DNA of 63,427 nt, counting the filler, from Conidiobolus incongruus B7586 (taxonomy: Eukaryota), in the NCBI GenBank assembly GCA_000697335.1. It is 4 parts of 4 records of this genome, joined end to end, with 100 filler letters (N's around TTAATTAATTAA, not from the genome) between each part and the next. Parts side by side here need not be neighbours in the genome. Positions count along the whole stretch, not along the records: positions 29,352 to 52,063 come from JNEM01006628.1; positions 52,164 to 63,427 come from JNEM01006629.1; 2 more parts are not named here. One strand, given 5' to 3'. The notes under the pieces were generated by a model. The model saw only the letters and a list, made by a program, of their open reading frames with translations, was not told the DNA's origin and did not search any database. A program made the position numbers and the translations under genes. Of this stretch, positions 41,569 to 54,879 are shown one piece after another. How positions within the stretch are numbered: the first letter of the stretch is position 1; every line of letters starts with the position of its first letter.

Positions 41569-42954
41569 TTACAAAGATTTCTTATCAGCAAAAATTTGCT
41601 CTTGTAATAAGTTCAAAGCAAGTTGAGTGCTGTGACGATCACCTACAATGGTAAACAAACGCCAGTCTGATTCGTCTTGACTGCCCTTGGAAATACTGAT
41701 TTTAGAGCCAGAAAGACGACGAATTTCGGATATTTTTGAGCCTCCTTTACCAATAACACATCCGACTAAATCACTTGGAATAGATAAGAGGCTGGTCAAT
41801 TCAGTGTTGGGAGGAGAAAATTTGGAAATTCGATTTAATTGCTCTTGAACATATTTAAATTCGGATTCAACGCTGATGGGTGTACGTTGACTCTTAGCAG
41901 AGCGTTGAGGGATTTCATTTGTGATAATATCGTCTTTGGGGAGAGTTTCTTTGAGATGAGGAATTGTAAATCCTGATCTAGCGGGTTCTGACATTGATGA
42001 AGAGGAAGAAATAGAAGAAGTAGAATTTGAGCGATGATGAACTCCATTAAGACGGGATGCAGGATTGTAATGAATTGTGTTAATTCCGCGTTCCCAGTCT
42101 TCAGTGATACATTTGCCTACTTCACGGAGTGCAAGACGAATAGCTTGGATGCTACCTTGAATTTCAACGATGCGCTCAGTACTGTTGGGCAAGAGTTCTT
42201 TAGATGCGATAAGTCTGGCGCCTGACAGATCTTGGATATTTTTAATTTTGAGGCCCTGCCTGCCAATAATTGTACCCATTAAATTATGAGTAATAAGAAT
42301 GCGGATAAATGTGTTAGATGTAGTAAGGACTTTAGATTGAGTAGAGGAGAGTGGGGCATCAGCATTGGTAAGAGAATTTTCAGCCAAAGCTTTAGCAATA
42401 ATTGAGTAAGCTTTACTCACGCCATCAATTGTTCCAGTTAAAGTAAGGATTCTATCGTTGACACCTGGAACTACTTTAGATACTCCAGCTTTTACACCAG
42501 TTGCTTCACGGAGCTCTGCGACATTTTTACCATCTTTTCCAATAATTACACCAGCATCGCGGGAGGTTATAAGACCGCGAATGACAAGTTGAGTGGATTC
42601 AGGAGCAGGTGAAGGGGGGTCTGAAGAATCATCCTCATGCTGAGATGGGCAGGAAGAAATCGTTTTAGAAGAGGGTACAAGCTCAGGTAAAAATTGTGAG
42701 TCGAGTCGAATATCTCTAGTGGAAGATGGAATAGTAGAGTGATTTGAAGGGGTCAAGAGCCAATCGGAAATCAAAGGAGAAGGACGAAGGGGATCAAAAG
42801 TGGAGAAATTCATTTGGTCAGAAGGTATATTAGTGAGTGAAAGACTCTTGAAATGCGAGCGAGAAGGGCGACTCTCCAAAGGATATTTTGCTAAATAAGA
42901 GGATGACTTCTCGTTATGAAATAAGGAGCTAGGAAGAGCTTGAGTATGAATCAT
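41569..42954 (-). CDS. Triple KH-domain RNA-binding protein (Rnc1/Hek2/Pbp2, hnRNP K/E-like)
   Basis: Three KH GxxG motifs: GVIIGKDGKNV, GTIIGRQGLKIKNIQ, GCVIGKGGSKISEIR; also LPNSTER. Confidence 0.92.
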   Translation of the reverse strand: MIHTQALPSSLFHNEKSSSYLAKYPLESRPSRSHFKSLSLTNIPSDQMNFSTFDPLRPSPLISDWLLTPSNHSTIPSSTRDIRLDSQFLPELVPSSKTISSCPSQHEDDSSDPPSPAPESTQLVIRGLITSRDAGVIIGKDGKNVAELREATGVKAGVSKVVPGVNDRILTLTGTIDGVSKAYSIIAKALAENSLTNADAPLSSTQSKVLTTSNTFIRILITHNLMGTIIGRQGLKIKNIQDLSGARLIASKELLPNSTERIVEIQGSIQAIRLALREVGKCITEDWERGINTIHYNPASRLNGVHHRSNSTSSISSSSSMSEPARSGFTIPHLKETLPKDDIITNEIPQRSAKSQRTPISVESEFKYVQEQLNRISKFSPPNTELTSLLSIPSDLVGCVIGKGGSKISEIRRLSGSKISISKGSQDESDWRLFTIVGDRHSTQLALNLLQEQIFADKKSL

Positions 42955-45900
42955 GATGGGGGCGTGATATAAATGATAAAAAGTAATTTTTGGACTATTG
43001 AAGTTTTAAAGAAAAAAATTTTTATATGATAGAACAATGAAATATATACTAAAAATGCTAAGCGTACAAGAGATAAAGTATTGGATATCGAAGTACTAGA
43101 CTGGGTAAAGATAGAAATTTTAGGCTAAACGCTTGACCAGAGTAAAGAGTAATTATCTGGGGCCAGGATAGAAATTAAAAGGGGAAAGTAATGGTTTAAT
43201 TAAAAATAACACCAGATATATAATATATTACTGGAAAGAAAATTTTAATGGGAGAAAGAAAGAGGCAAAGAGCCTGGATTACTAGTTACACCCATTTATC
43301 CTATAGCATCATCCTTCATTCATTTACATTTATTTAATGTAAAAAATTGATTACCCTCTCCGATTGGATAACTCAGCTTTGATCATAAATCAGTTCATTA
43401 CTTAACATCATTGGTTTAATTCCTCTAAATCATCCAATCATAAATGGTTTGATTATTTGGTGATTATAAAGTGTTGATAAAATAGAACACTAAAGAAAAT
43501 GAAAAAGGGGTGAGGGATAAATGACCAATTATCTTCCAGAACCTAATTTCATCCCCTTAAAGATGATTGTCCAATTACTAATATTTTAACATTTAACCAT
43601 ATTATATCAATTTGAACGATTTATACAATCCAGTTTAATTTTATTTTTCTCTCTCCTTTGTGGTAATAAAAATATCTTTTGATTTTTTGATACTATATAA
43701 ATAGCTTAATTATACAATAATTTTTGAAAACGAATCATATTTTGTCCCAACCTTGTTTTTAATTCTCGAAACTGTTCTAAATAAATTTGATATTCTTATT
43801 TTAGAAATCAAATAGTTTATAGATAAAATATTATTCATCATATTTAAATGATTATTTTAATTTGTTATTCAAATAAATATGAAGGTAAACTCAAGTAAGA
43901 ACATTTTAATATTGAATTATTTAAATAGATTTATTTTACTATAAATTAAACAAAATATAAGTTATTATAGAACGAATGAACTTAATTTTAGTATTTGAAT
44001 TTCCTTAATTAAGAAACCTCCAGAACACTCCTTAGTTTTCTTATTAGAATTTGAATTCACTTTCAATAACTTTTAATTAAAATAAATCAAACATCTAGAA
44101 AAAGGTCTGTTTCATTTTTCGAATTCAGAATTAAATCCACGCTTTTAATGGAAAATGATATCAAATACAATAATTAGCGTTATTTTCAAGCGCAATTACT
44201 TCAATATTTAGTCTTTGTTTTGAAGAATAATCTGACTTGAAAACTCATTCTTGAATAGATAATTTTAATGAGAAAGAATCATTTGAATTGACGATGTTCA
44301 TACTTAATCAAATGACTTAAATTTTCATTCAATAAGTAGGGTTTCTAAAACTTATATGATAAAGGAGTTACATAACCTTATTCAGAGTTATTTCGTATTG
44401 AATGTTACTTTTTCAGATTCATATCATAAAATATATACGTCATTGATTATTGAACATTATATTTTATAGCTAATTATATGTGATATTTATCACAAAATAC
44501 CCTTTGTTTTGTTAGTAAATATATCAACAAAAGATATAAGCATAATTAGACTTTTACAAAAATTTAATAATAGATACATTTTAAACTCTGGTGGTAATAG
44601 TTATTTTCATATTGCTGACAATTTAAAATATTATGACAAATAATTTAAACAAATTACAATAATCATGCGAAACATTATTTTACCAAAATAAGTAGAGTAA
44701 TAAAAAGTTTAAAGATTGACATATGGATCAATACAATAAAATAATTTTATATAATTATTTCTGAATATTACCTGAAACTATTAATTAAACCCTTAACTAC
44801 AGGTAAAATATAAATATATAATTTGACAATATAGCTTATTATAATTGGCTAGCTCAAAATATTAATATAATGTTCAAAATATTTTGCAGATATATTGATA
44901 ACAATATTAAATTAGTTTATTTTAAAAAGTGGTGTTATTGAAATATAAATTATGGAGGAAGGAAATAAAAGTAATCTCATTAAATTGAAATAATTTTAAT
45001 TTCAAAAATGAAAAATGTAATATTTGTTGATGATTTTTGATTGAAATAATTTTTAATAAATCTTATATATTGTCGTTTTTAAAGTTTAATTAATTTGAAT
45101 AAAATATTAAATCATATTAGTAAATCAATTTCATCATTTCCATTTTAAATGAATCAGCGGTTTTACTACAAAATATTCATATATCTTGCATATGATATAT
45201 AAAAGTTCGGTCAAATTATTGTATTTAGCTTCAATATGAAATTTATTGAAAAATAGAAATTTGGAAATGTCAAGGTAACTTTTATATAGAATTTTAACTG
45301 GATATTTAATGATTATTTTTTTAACAAATATTATAACTTAATCTTTGAAAATTATATTATAAAAATACTGATCCAATATTAAACAGGAAAATTATTAAAA
45401 TATTTTTGGAAACTTGAAACTCACTTGAATTCAAATTCATCTTTTGATTATATTTAATTTATAAATTATTCCGCAGACATTACACAAAATACTATTTAGG
45501 TATATTGATGAATGCTAAAATTGATATTTAATCTTAAATGTTCATACTTACAATCTAATTATGTTTTATTTATTTTGCTAATATATCAGAAAATATAATT
45601 GCATGTTTTTATATTATGAACAAAGTCATATAGTTAATATTGATGGTTAACCTGAATTTTGACAGGGTAAAGTCATAGTACCATATCTTGATTTATAACA
45701 AAAATAGTGAGAAATATTATAAAGAGATATATACAACAGGTGGACTGAATATATTTGTGCACTTTATCCTCATATGCTGGAATCAAAACTCAACCTCTGA
45801 GAACGCCCATATTCCTCCACTTTTTCATTAAGTCATTACTAAGTCATAATGAATGTTGTATATATTTGAAAGATTAATCAGTAATATTATTATTAGATTT

Positions 45901-46429
45901 GAATGGAAATATATTAGGTCTACAATTTAAAATAAGTCACAAAATTTAACATGTTTTGACAATGAAGTTCTTTTGTTTACGAAAAATTTTGACAAAAAAT
46001 ATATTATTCCATTATATAGGTTTGACTATTTGAATATATATTTGATATTCAGCTTGAATTATTTCGAGTGATATATTAAAATGGTTTTCACATATGAAAA
46101 AACATTTAAAGTTTACATTAAATTGAAATACTTGAAACATAGAAATAAATTTTAAATTTGGTGAATATTTTAAATGATGAGATCAGGATTTTTAGTAAAA
46201 TATAAAAATTAAAATATTTTTTGATTCTAGGTTAATTGTAGATTGAAATCATTGTTGTCGATATTTTATTTATTATCCATATATTTAATCAAATTATTAT
46301 TTATTCTGTTTAGAATCATATAAATATTTTTAACTTTAGTTAGCTTATAAATATTACATAACGTTAAAATAAATTGAACTATATTAAAAATACTTAAAAC
46401 AATATCTCATTAGATATTATATTACATAT

Positions 46430-48110
46430 TTACCACTAGCATTTTGTAATAACTTTAATTTTGGTTATAATGTTAATTATTAAACCTCTTGATACAGTGC
46501 TGGGTAACTATATATATGATATTAAATGTAATAATGTATTATTTGGGAATATATAATATTCACAAACTTGAATATGAAAATATAGGATTGAACTGTTTTT
46601 TATTTGTAATAAGCGGACTTATGTCAATATTCATATACTCGGAATTTATTTTATTTTGCAAATATATTTTTAAAGTTTTATTATGAACAGTTATATCTCT
46701 GAACTATAATACATTTTTCATTATTGGACTATTATTAATAGTCAAAAATAATACCAATTGATTTCATCCAATAACAAAAAATAAATTGAATTTAAATCAA
46801 CAATTTTAATAATTATTAAAATATAAATACTAAGTAATAGATCTTATGCTGTAATTATTAGTATCAATTAAATTAAAATAATAATAATTAATTTTATATT
46901 TTAATATTTAAAATTCAATATATTTTTAATTAAAAAATAAGCGAGACTTGTTAATTCTAAGCCGAGTGACTCAACCACGTTAGGTGACATTTTGATTGCC
47001 GATTATCAAACTACGATCCTCGAACTGCCATATGCGCTAATCAACTCGGCCCGCAAGCCTTAATTTTAGTATAGATAAAATCTATTTATATATATAAAAG
47101 CAAACAGGATTGGTACATATTTAGAAGATGAATTGATTGGATTTAATTATTATATTTAATTAAAATACGCAAAGTTAAGATTATATGAACATAATGTTAT
47201 GTCAATATGATTCAATCACAAAATATGTGAGTAGTTATTATATAAAAAGTTTCGCTAGACTAAGTTTTTCCAACATTAATCCATATATATATTTTATTTT
47301 TAAGCTCTTGTTATTATCTTACCAGTTAATCTAGTAATAAATTTTTCTTTTAATTTCATAACTATCTATATGCAAGACTAAAAATAATCATTTAATAGAA
47401 TTTTACTATCACAATCAAAATAATTATATATATGTATTATCTCAATTTGATAATCGCATTTTTAACGTTATATTATATGTAAAAAATATTATGTTAGATT
47501 GATGTTACAACTCTATATCCATTACAAGCATAATACAGATTAATATTTCGAAATCAATTACATGTAATTCACTGAAAAAACTTTCCTAACTAAATGATAA
47601 AGAGCTAAATGTTAATTTTTAATAATTACAAAATACTGTAATAAAACTATATTTAAATGTCCATGCAAGATAAAAGGAGACTACTGAAATTTTATCAGTA
47701 TTTAATTAGATATAATGGATGAATCCCATTGATATGATTTTGATCAAAATTCATATTGGTAATCAATTTGTATTATTTGATAACTATACTGATGTGATAA
47801 ATTCAATTTTTGCAATTAATTTCAAGTACTCAGACATCTTTCTCTATCAATATCCAATCGACAAACTATTGGAAAAAACTACCTTATCCTTCAAGCACAA
47901 GATAAATTATGTCATATAATAAATCTCTTGATATTAAACTCAAATGACATATATAATAAAATTCATTTGTTCTAAATATTTAATAATGATGCTTAATTAT
48001 TACATTGGTAAATATATAAAATTTAAATTTCATTAGTTGATTAAAAATTAAAAAAAACATTTATTTTTAATACATATCTGAGTGTACTTAGATAGAAGCA
48101 TCTCAATATA
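46430..48110 (+). repeat. Local direct duplication, copy 1
   Basis: Collinear with 49985-52063 from taccactagcatttt to the gap. Contains near-identical blocks at 46905-47075 and 47783-47892. Confidence 0.92.
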
Positions 48111-48424
48111 TGTGTTTAGAATCTAATCTTTTCTACATGCATTTATTCATATCATTAATGATGAATTTTAGAATGAATAAATTATATAATTAATTTGTGA
48201 ATGAATATAATCAAAAATATATATTTCAATATTGATCCAATTTACAAATTATATAGATATGTAATTATTATTTCAACAAATAGCATATTTGAATTTATAT
48301 TGATATATATTACGAAAAATATAAATAATTATTACTTTATAATCTAAATAATTGGAATTTCTTATAATTAAAAATAAATCAAAAAATAGATATATAATAT
48401 ATAAAGATAACAGTATAATATATA

Positions 48425-48960
48425 TTTAATGGTTTTCCTAATTATTAATAATTTTTCATATATATTTAGCAAATTTCTAATATTTAAAAAATCTTTTATT
48501 AAAGAATAAAGCTTAATATTTTATAAACCAATTAAATTTTTTACAAATGAATTTTTTAATTACTTAAAGCAATTATAATCATACAAGTTATAATTTAAAG
48601 GCTATTCTAGATATGATAGTCTTTTTTAGTTATTTTTAATTAGAAAATTTTTTATAACTTTAAACTTATGTATTTTATAATTAATATGTAAAATAATAGG
48701 TTTTCTCAGATTATATTAAAAATATTAATTAAAAATAATTTTAATTAAAAAACATATATATATTTTACTATTAATTAATTTTTCTTTAAAAACTAAGTAA
48801 AAATAATCCATACTATTATATTTTATTATAATTATTAATACTTATTTATTTACAAAATACTTTTTTTAAAAAATTTATAAAAGGGGTTAATTTAACTTTA
48901 ATTAGCATATTGATTTGTGTTTTAATAAAGGATTATATAAAGGGATCTAAGATTCATCAA
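48425..48960 (-). repeat. Dispersed AT-rich repeat, copy C (inverted)
   Basis: The reverse complement aligns by eye to 14070-14580 and 1240-1720. Confidence 0.7.
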
Positions 48961-49984
48961 TTATAATAATTTATTCTAATAACCTTGGTTTCTAGCTATA
49001 CCTTAGTAAGTTTTGTTTAGCAATAACTACTCTGGCTCTTTTTTAAACCTTAGTTAAATTATATAGTATTTATTATATATTTTTATTAATTAATTTTAAT
49101 TTAAATTTTCATATATATAAAATACTTATATAACTAATATTAAATTATCTTGATAATTCTCTATCAAAAATAAAAAGGTCTTTTTAATATATTTTTTCAT
49201 TTTATTTATAATTGAAAAAGTAATAATTAAAATTAATCTTTTAGAATTTAATAAAATTTGGATAATTTTTCTCTAAACATTAAAATAATTTATTTAGCAA
49301 TAAAAAGTTGATTTAGATAATGTCTTATTATCAAAAGTTAATTGTAAATTTTAAATAATTTTAGAGGGTTTATGTTTAAGTTTTACTAATACTAAAAAAA
49401 AACTCTTGATTATTATTATTTAATTTATGTATATTTAAATTAAATAACAAATTCAAAAAAAATTATTATATATATATATAATTCAAAACTATCTATTTTC
49501 CTATTTATTTTATATATAATATATTATTTGAAACTGATAATAGGTTTGAAAAATCAAAAATTAAAAAATTTCCCATTTTTTTAATTCTATGGTAATAATA
49601 AACCAAATTATTAATTTTATATTATTTATTTATTTTTCTATATATTATATATAGAATAATATAATGAGTTTTGATTTAAAATTTTGCCATTATTAGATTT
49701 CTAGAGTAATATAAATAAATTGAAAGAATTAAATGCATTTTTTTATCAAATCATATAGTTAAATTAAAAATATATAAATATATTTAGTAAAAATTCTAAA
49801 TTCAAAACAAAAATACTGTAAATTATTAAATACTTTATTATTCCAATTTAACTATTATTTGAAATATATTATATTGATATTTATAAAATGCAAGTATTTT
49901 AAAAAATATATAACATGACTATAATTTATATTACTGTATTAGATTTACTTGAAATAATATCTGTTAATAGTTTATAAAATATCT

Positions 49985-52063
49985 ACCACTAGCATTTTAT
50001 AATATTTAATTATTAGACTAACAGAATAGTTAATACTTTTTGATAAAGTTTTTGGTAAATACTTGCATATTCGATATTAAATAATATAATGTATGATTTT
50101 GGAATATATAACATTCGCAAACTTAAACTTGATTATTTTATGATTGAAATGTTTTGCATTAGGAATATAGAATCTTATTTTATCATAATTCATATTATCA
50201 GAATTTCTTTTATTTTACGAGTATATCTTTACAATTTTATTATAAAATTTAAATCTTTGAAAAATATATTTTTAATTGCTTGACTATTATGAATAGTCAA
50301 AAAATATTACCAATTAATTTCATCCATTAACAAAAAATAAATTAAAATTAAATCAATGATTTTAATAAATATAAAAGTATAAATACAAAATAATAGATAT
50401 TAAGTTATTGGCCAGAAATTCAATTAATCAGTTATTTCACCAGTTTATTATTAAGGATTTGCTTATTTAATTTTACTTGGGTAGTCATGAGAATTTAATG
50501 TTAATTATTGAGAGAATTGGTATCTCTTCAAAGATATATTAGATTTGCTTATGGATTTTAATAAAGTGCTTCATTTTGGTTATTAATACTAGTAATTTTT
50601 GTCTAACTAATTTATTCTCAAAGTTGACAGAACTTAACCTTATTTTGACTGTAAAATATATAAAATCAGTGTAACTCAGAGATTAATAATATGCACAATC
50701 CCCTCCAACCAGGAATTAAAAAGTCAACAATTGATATTATACATTAATTATTAATATTAAAGAAATATAAATATAGTAGCTTCTTAACACATATATTAAT
50801 TTAAATTATATAATTGTTACATGAAATGATTATATTAAATTAATAATAATTAATTATATATCATAATATTTAAAATTCAATATATTTTTAATTAAAAAAT
50901 AATCGAGACTTGTTAATTCTAATCCGAGAGACTCAACCACGTTAGTTGACATTTTGATTGCCGATTATCGAACTACGATCCTCGACTGTCACATGCGCTA
51001 ATCAACTCGGCCCGCAAGCCTTAATTTTAGTATAAATAAAATCTATTTATCTATCTAAAAGCAAACAGGATTGATCTATATTTAGAAGATGAATTGATTG
51101 GATTTAATTATTATATTATATTAATATGCACAAAGTTGAGATTATATGAACATAGTATATATGTTAATATAATAAATTCAAAAATATGTGAGTGGATATG
51201 ATATCGAAGGTTGCGCTGCACTAAGTTTTTTGAACATTAATCTTTACATATTTTTGATTTTTAAGCTTTATTTTACCAACTGTGTAATAAATTTTCATTG
51301 AATTTCATAACTATCTATATGCATGATTAAAAAACAATCAATTAATAGAAATTTACTATTATAATTAAAATAATTATATGTAGATATATATTATCTCGGA
51401 TTGATAACCAGGTTTTTAACATTATAATTTATGAAAAAATGTTATGTTATATTGATGTTATAACTCCATATCCATTACAAGCATAACAAAGATTAATATT
51501 TCGAAATCAATTACATGTAATACACTGAAAAAGCTCTCCTAATTAAATGACAAAGAGCTTAATGTTAATTTTTAATAATTATGAAATATTGTAATAAAAA
51601 TATTTTTGAATGTCATTACAAGATAAGAAGACGTAAGAGAGATTTTATCAATATTTAATTAGATATAATGGATGTATCTCATTGATATGATTTTGATTAC
51701 GATTCATATTAGTAATCAATCTGTATTATTTGATAATTATACTGATGTGATAAATTCAATTTTTGCAATTAATTTCAAGTACTCAGACATCTTTCTCTAT
51801 CAATATCCAATCGACAAACTATTGGAAAAAACTACCTTATCCTTTGAGTACAAGATAAATTATACCATAATATAAATCACTTGACATAAAAGTTGAATGC
51901 CGTATATAATAAAATACATTTGAGCCAAATATTAAATAATAATATTTATTTATTACATATTTCAAATTTATAAAATTTAATTCATTGGTTGATTAAAAAT
52001 TTAAAAAATTACATTCATTATTGATAAATAACAGATTATCCTTAGGTGAAAGTATCTCAGTAT
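49985..52063 (+). repeat. Local direct duplication, copy 2 (runs into the gap; carries ~0.4 kb of extra sequence)
   Basis: Collinear with 46430-48110. Confidence 0.92.
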
Positions 52064-52163
52064 NNNNNNNNNNNNNNNNNNNNNNNNNNNNNNNNNNNNN
52101 NNNNNNNTTAATTAATTAANNNNNNNNNNNNNNNNNNNNNNNNNNNNNNNNNNNNNNNNNNNN
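52064..52163. other. Assembly gap with artificial spacer
   Basis: N-run/TTAATTAATTAA/N-run. Confidence 0.97.
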
Positions 52164-52640
52164 GTTAATTATTTTTATATATAAATTGTATAATAATATA
52201 TTTGTATTATTTTTTTAATAAACCAATTATTTATTAATATTTTTATTATTAAGTAAAATATTTATTATTTTATATAATAATTATAATAATTATAATATAT
52301 ATACAGATAAAATTAAAAAGATTTTTTATAAAAGAATATTAGAAAAAGTTATTATATTTAATATATTCATTAAATTAAAATTATATAATTAGAATCCTTT
52401 TAAGTAATTAGAAAGTATATTTAAAAATTTCTTATAAAAAATTAAATTAGTTTGTAAAATATTTGATTTTAGTATTTAATAAAAAAATTATTTTTTAAAT
52501 ATTAAGAGTATATGAAAAAAATGGTAAAGATTTATTAATATTAAAAAATATTAATTTTATATTGTGTATTAATGTTTATTAATCATATATTGACAACTTT
52601 ATTTCACTTTTAAAATTTTACCATTATTTAATTTCTATCC
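52164..52640 (+). repeat. Dispersed AT-rich repeat, copy D
   Basis: aagattttttataaaagaatattagaaaaagttattat matches 1481-1519. aaatttcttataaaaaattaaattagtttgtaaaatattt matches 14458-14497. Confidence 0.6.
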
Positions 52641-53244
52641 TAATAATATCTATTTAATAATGAATAAATTGAATTATTGATTAACTAAAATATTTCATAT
52701 ATTAAACATTTATTGAAATTATTTTATAAAATTGATTTAAAAAATTTCAAATAAAAATAATAATATCAATTAAAAATCAAAAATATATTACACAGTATAT
52801 TATATTATTGAAAGTCTATTATAATCATTGTTAATCTATAAATAACATTTTAAATATTACTTTTTATCTATTAACAATTTTATATCTTTGAAAATTATTT
52901 TGATTCAAAATTTATCTTAGTGTTGGATTTCAAAATTAAGCGTTGATTTCGATTAGATAATTAGGGCAATAGTATTTGATAGGCTATAACATTCACTGAA
53001 TCAACTAAAATAATTTACTATCAACCATCTTATTATAATTCCAACTATAGTTTGAACTTAGTATTTAAATTCTAATCGAAAAAATGGAATTAATAATGAA
53101 TATGATTGATCATTATTAAATAAAATATACGTCATCATGCTATCACCATGATTTCAATTATTATATAAATGGTTTCAAGTCACTTTATTCACTGATCTCT
53201 TCTAGTTTTAAAAAAGTAAAACAAAATAATAAAAAATAAAAGAT

Positions 53245-54781
53245 ATGAAAGTTGCAATTATAGGATCCGGGAGTGCTGGTCTAGGTGCCGCTTGGGCTCT
53301 AAACCAAAGTGAGAACGATTACGATATTACATTATTTGAAAAGAGCCACTACTTTGGAGGTCATGCGCACACCATCGATTACCATCCGCCCAACCAGCCA
53401 CAAAATACGGTAGCAGTAGATTCGGGGTTTATCGTTTATAATAAGTTGAATTATCCCAATTTCGACAGATTTTTAAGGTTTGAAAGTATTGATACCATAC
53501 CGTCCAAAATGACTTTCAGTTTTAGTAAGGATTTCGGCAAGCTGGAGTGGGCAGGAACCAATTTAAAATCATTATTTGCTCAAACTAATAACTTCACTAA
53601 TATCGAATTCTATAAAATGGTTTTAGACGTGATTCGATTCAACATCTTAGCACCTCTGTTCCTCGAACTCAAGCCAACCAATCCCCAATACGGGTGGAGT
53701 ATTTCAGAATATTTGGATTATTACGGATATTCTGACAGTTTTAGAAATCACTATTTGCTACCCATGGTCAGTAGTATTTGGTCAACACCAGAATCAAGAT
53801 GCAATTTGGAATTCCCAGCAAGAACTCTAATCCTATTCTTTCACAATCACTGTTTGATGAATTTTATCAATCGTCCAAAATGGTATACCATCAAAGGTGG
53901 AAGTAGAATGTATGTACACAAAATTGTTAAAGATATTAAGAATGTTAAGTTGAATACAATTATTACTAAACTCGAAAGAATTGTGGATGAGAACGGTAAC
54001 TCCAAAGTAAAATTGGTAGATAATCACGAAAACTACTACGAATTTGACAAGGTGATATTGGCTTGCCACGCCGACGAAACATTGGAAATATTAAGAGATA
54101 AAGCTACGAGGGAAGAGTTGGAATTACTTCAGGATATTCAATTCACTAAGAATCGGGTGGTAGTGCATTCTGATGATAATTTAATGCCAATTCGTAAGGA
54201 TGTTTGGAGTGCTTGGAATTATTTGTGTAGATCGGATTCTGAAGATGGTCAGGTGAAAGAATTAACACTGTAAGCTATACATTTATTAGTATATATATTG
54301 AATATTCAATTATACTTTTAGTACATATTGGATGAATTTACTTCAATCTATCGATACTGAAACCTATGGCGATATCTTAGTCACTGTCAATCCATTTATC
54401 AACCCTCGTCCAAAGAAAATATATTCGGAATACGTTTATGAGCACGTAAACATGGATCTCAGTCTGTTAAGGGCGCAAGAACAGCTAACTGATTATAACA
54501 GAAGTAACAACAGTCAAATCCAAATCATTGGTGCATGGACCAAATTTGGATTTCAAGAAGATGGCTTCACCAGCGGTTTGATAGCTGCCAGCAATTTGGG
54601 TGCCCAAGCACCTTTTGAAATCGTAGATTCTACTCATATAAGACCCCTATATAATAGGTTACATCATAGAGTGATACAATTAGCAGTGTGGGCTTTGCAT
54701 CTATATGTGATGACTTTATATTGGATTTATTTGAGATTTGTGTACCCCTACACCAAAGTGATTGCTTCTAAATTCAATTAG
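53245..54781 (+). CDS. FAD/NAD-binding oxidoreductase, amine-oxidase-like (COG2907 type)
   Basis: Motifs KVAIIGSGSAGLGAA, GGHAHT, VDSGFIVYNKLNYPNF, WSAWNY, GAWTKFGFQEDG. One intron at ~54270-54321. Hydrophobic C-terminal helix. Confidence 0.9.
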
Positions 54782-54844
54782 AAAAATGAATTGCCATCAA
54801 AATTTTAAAATTTATTAATAATTATTATTTAATATATCATCACG

Positions 54845-54847
<3 letters not shown>

Positions 54848-54877
<30 letters not shown>
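54848..54877. repeat. (AT)n microsatellite
   Basis: Perfect AT dinucleotide run; similar runs occur at ~29482-29507 and ~55674-55706. Confidence 0.9.

Positions 54878-54879
<2 letters not shown>

Noticed and set aside
46941..47063. Open + frame (ARLVNSKPSD...RKP*) across the GC core
   Set aside because: It has no start codon, and copy 2 has a 1-nt deletion that shifts the frame.
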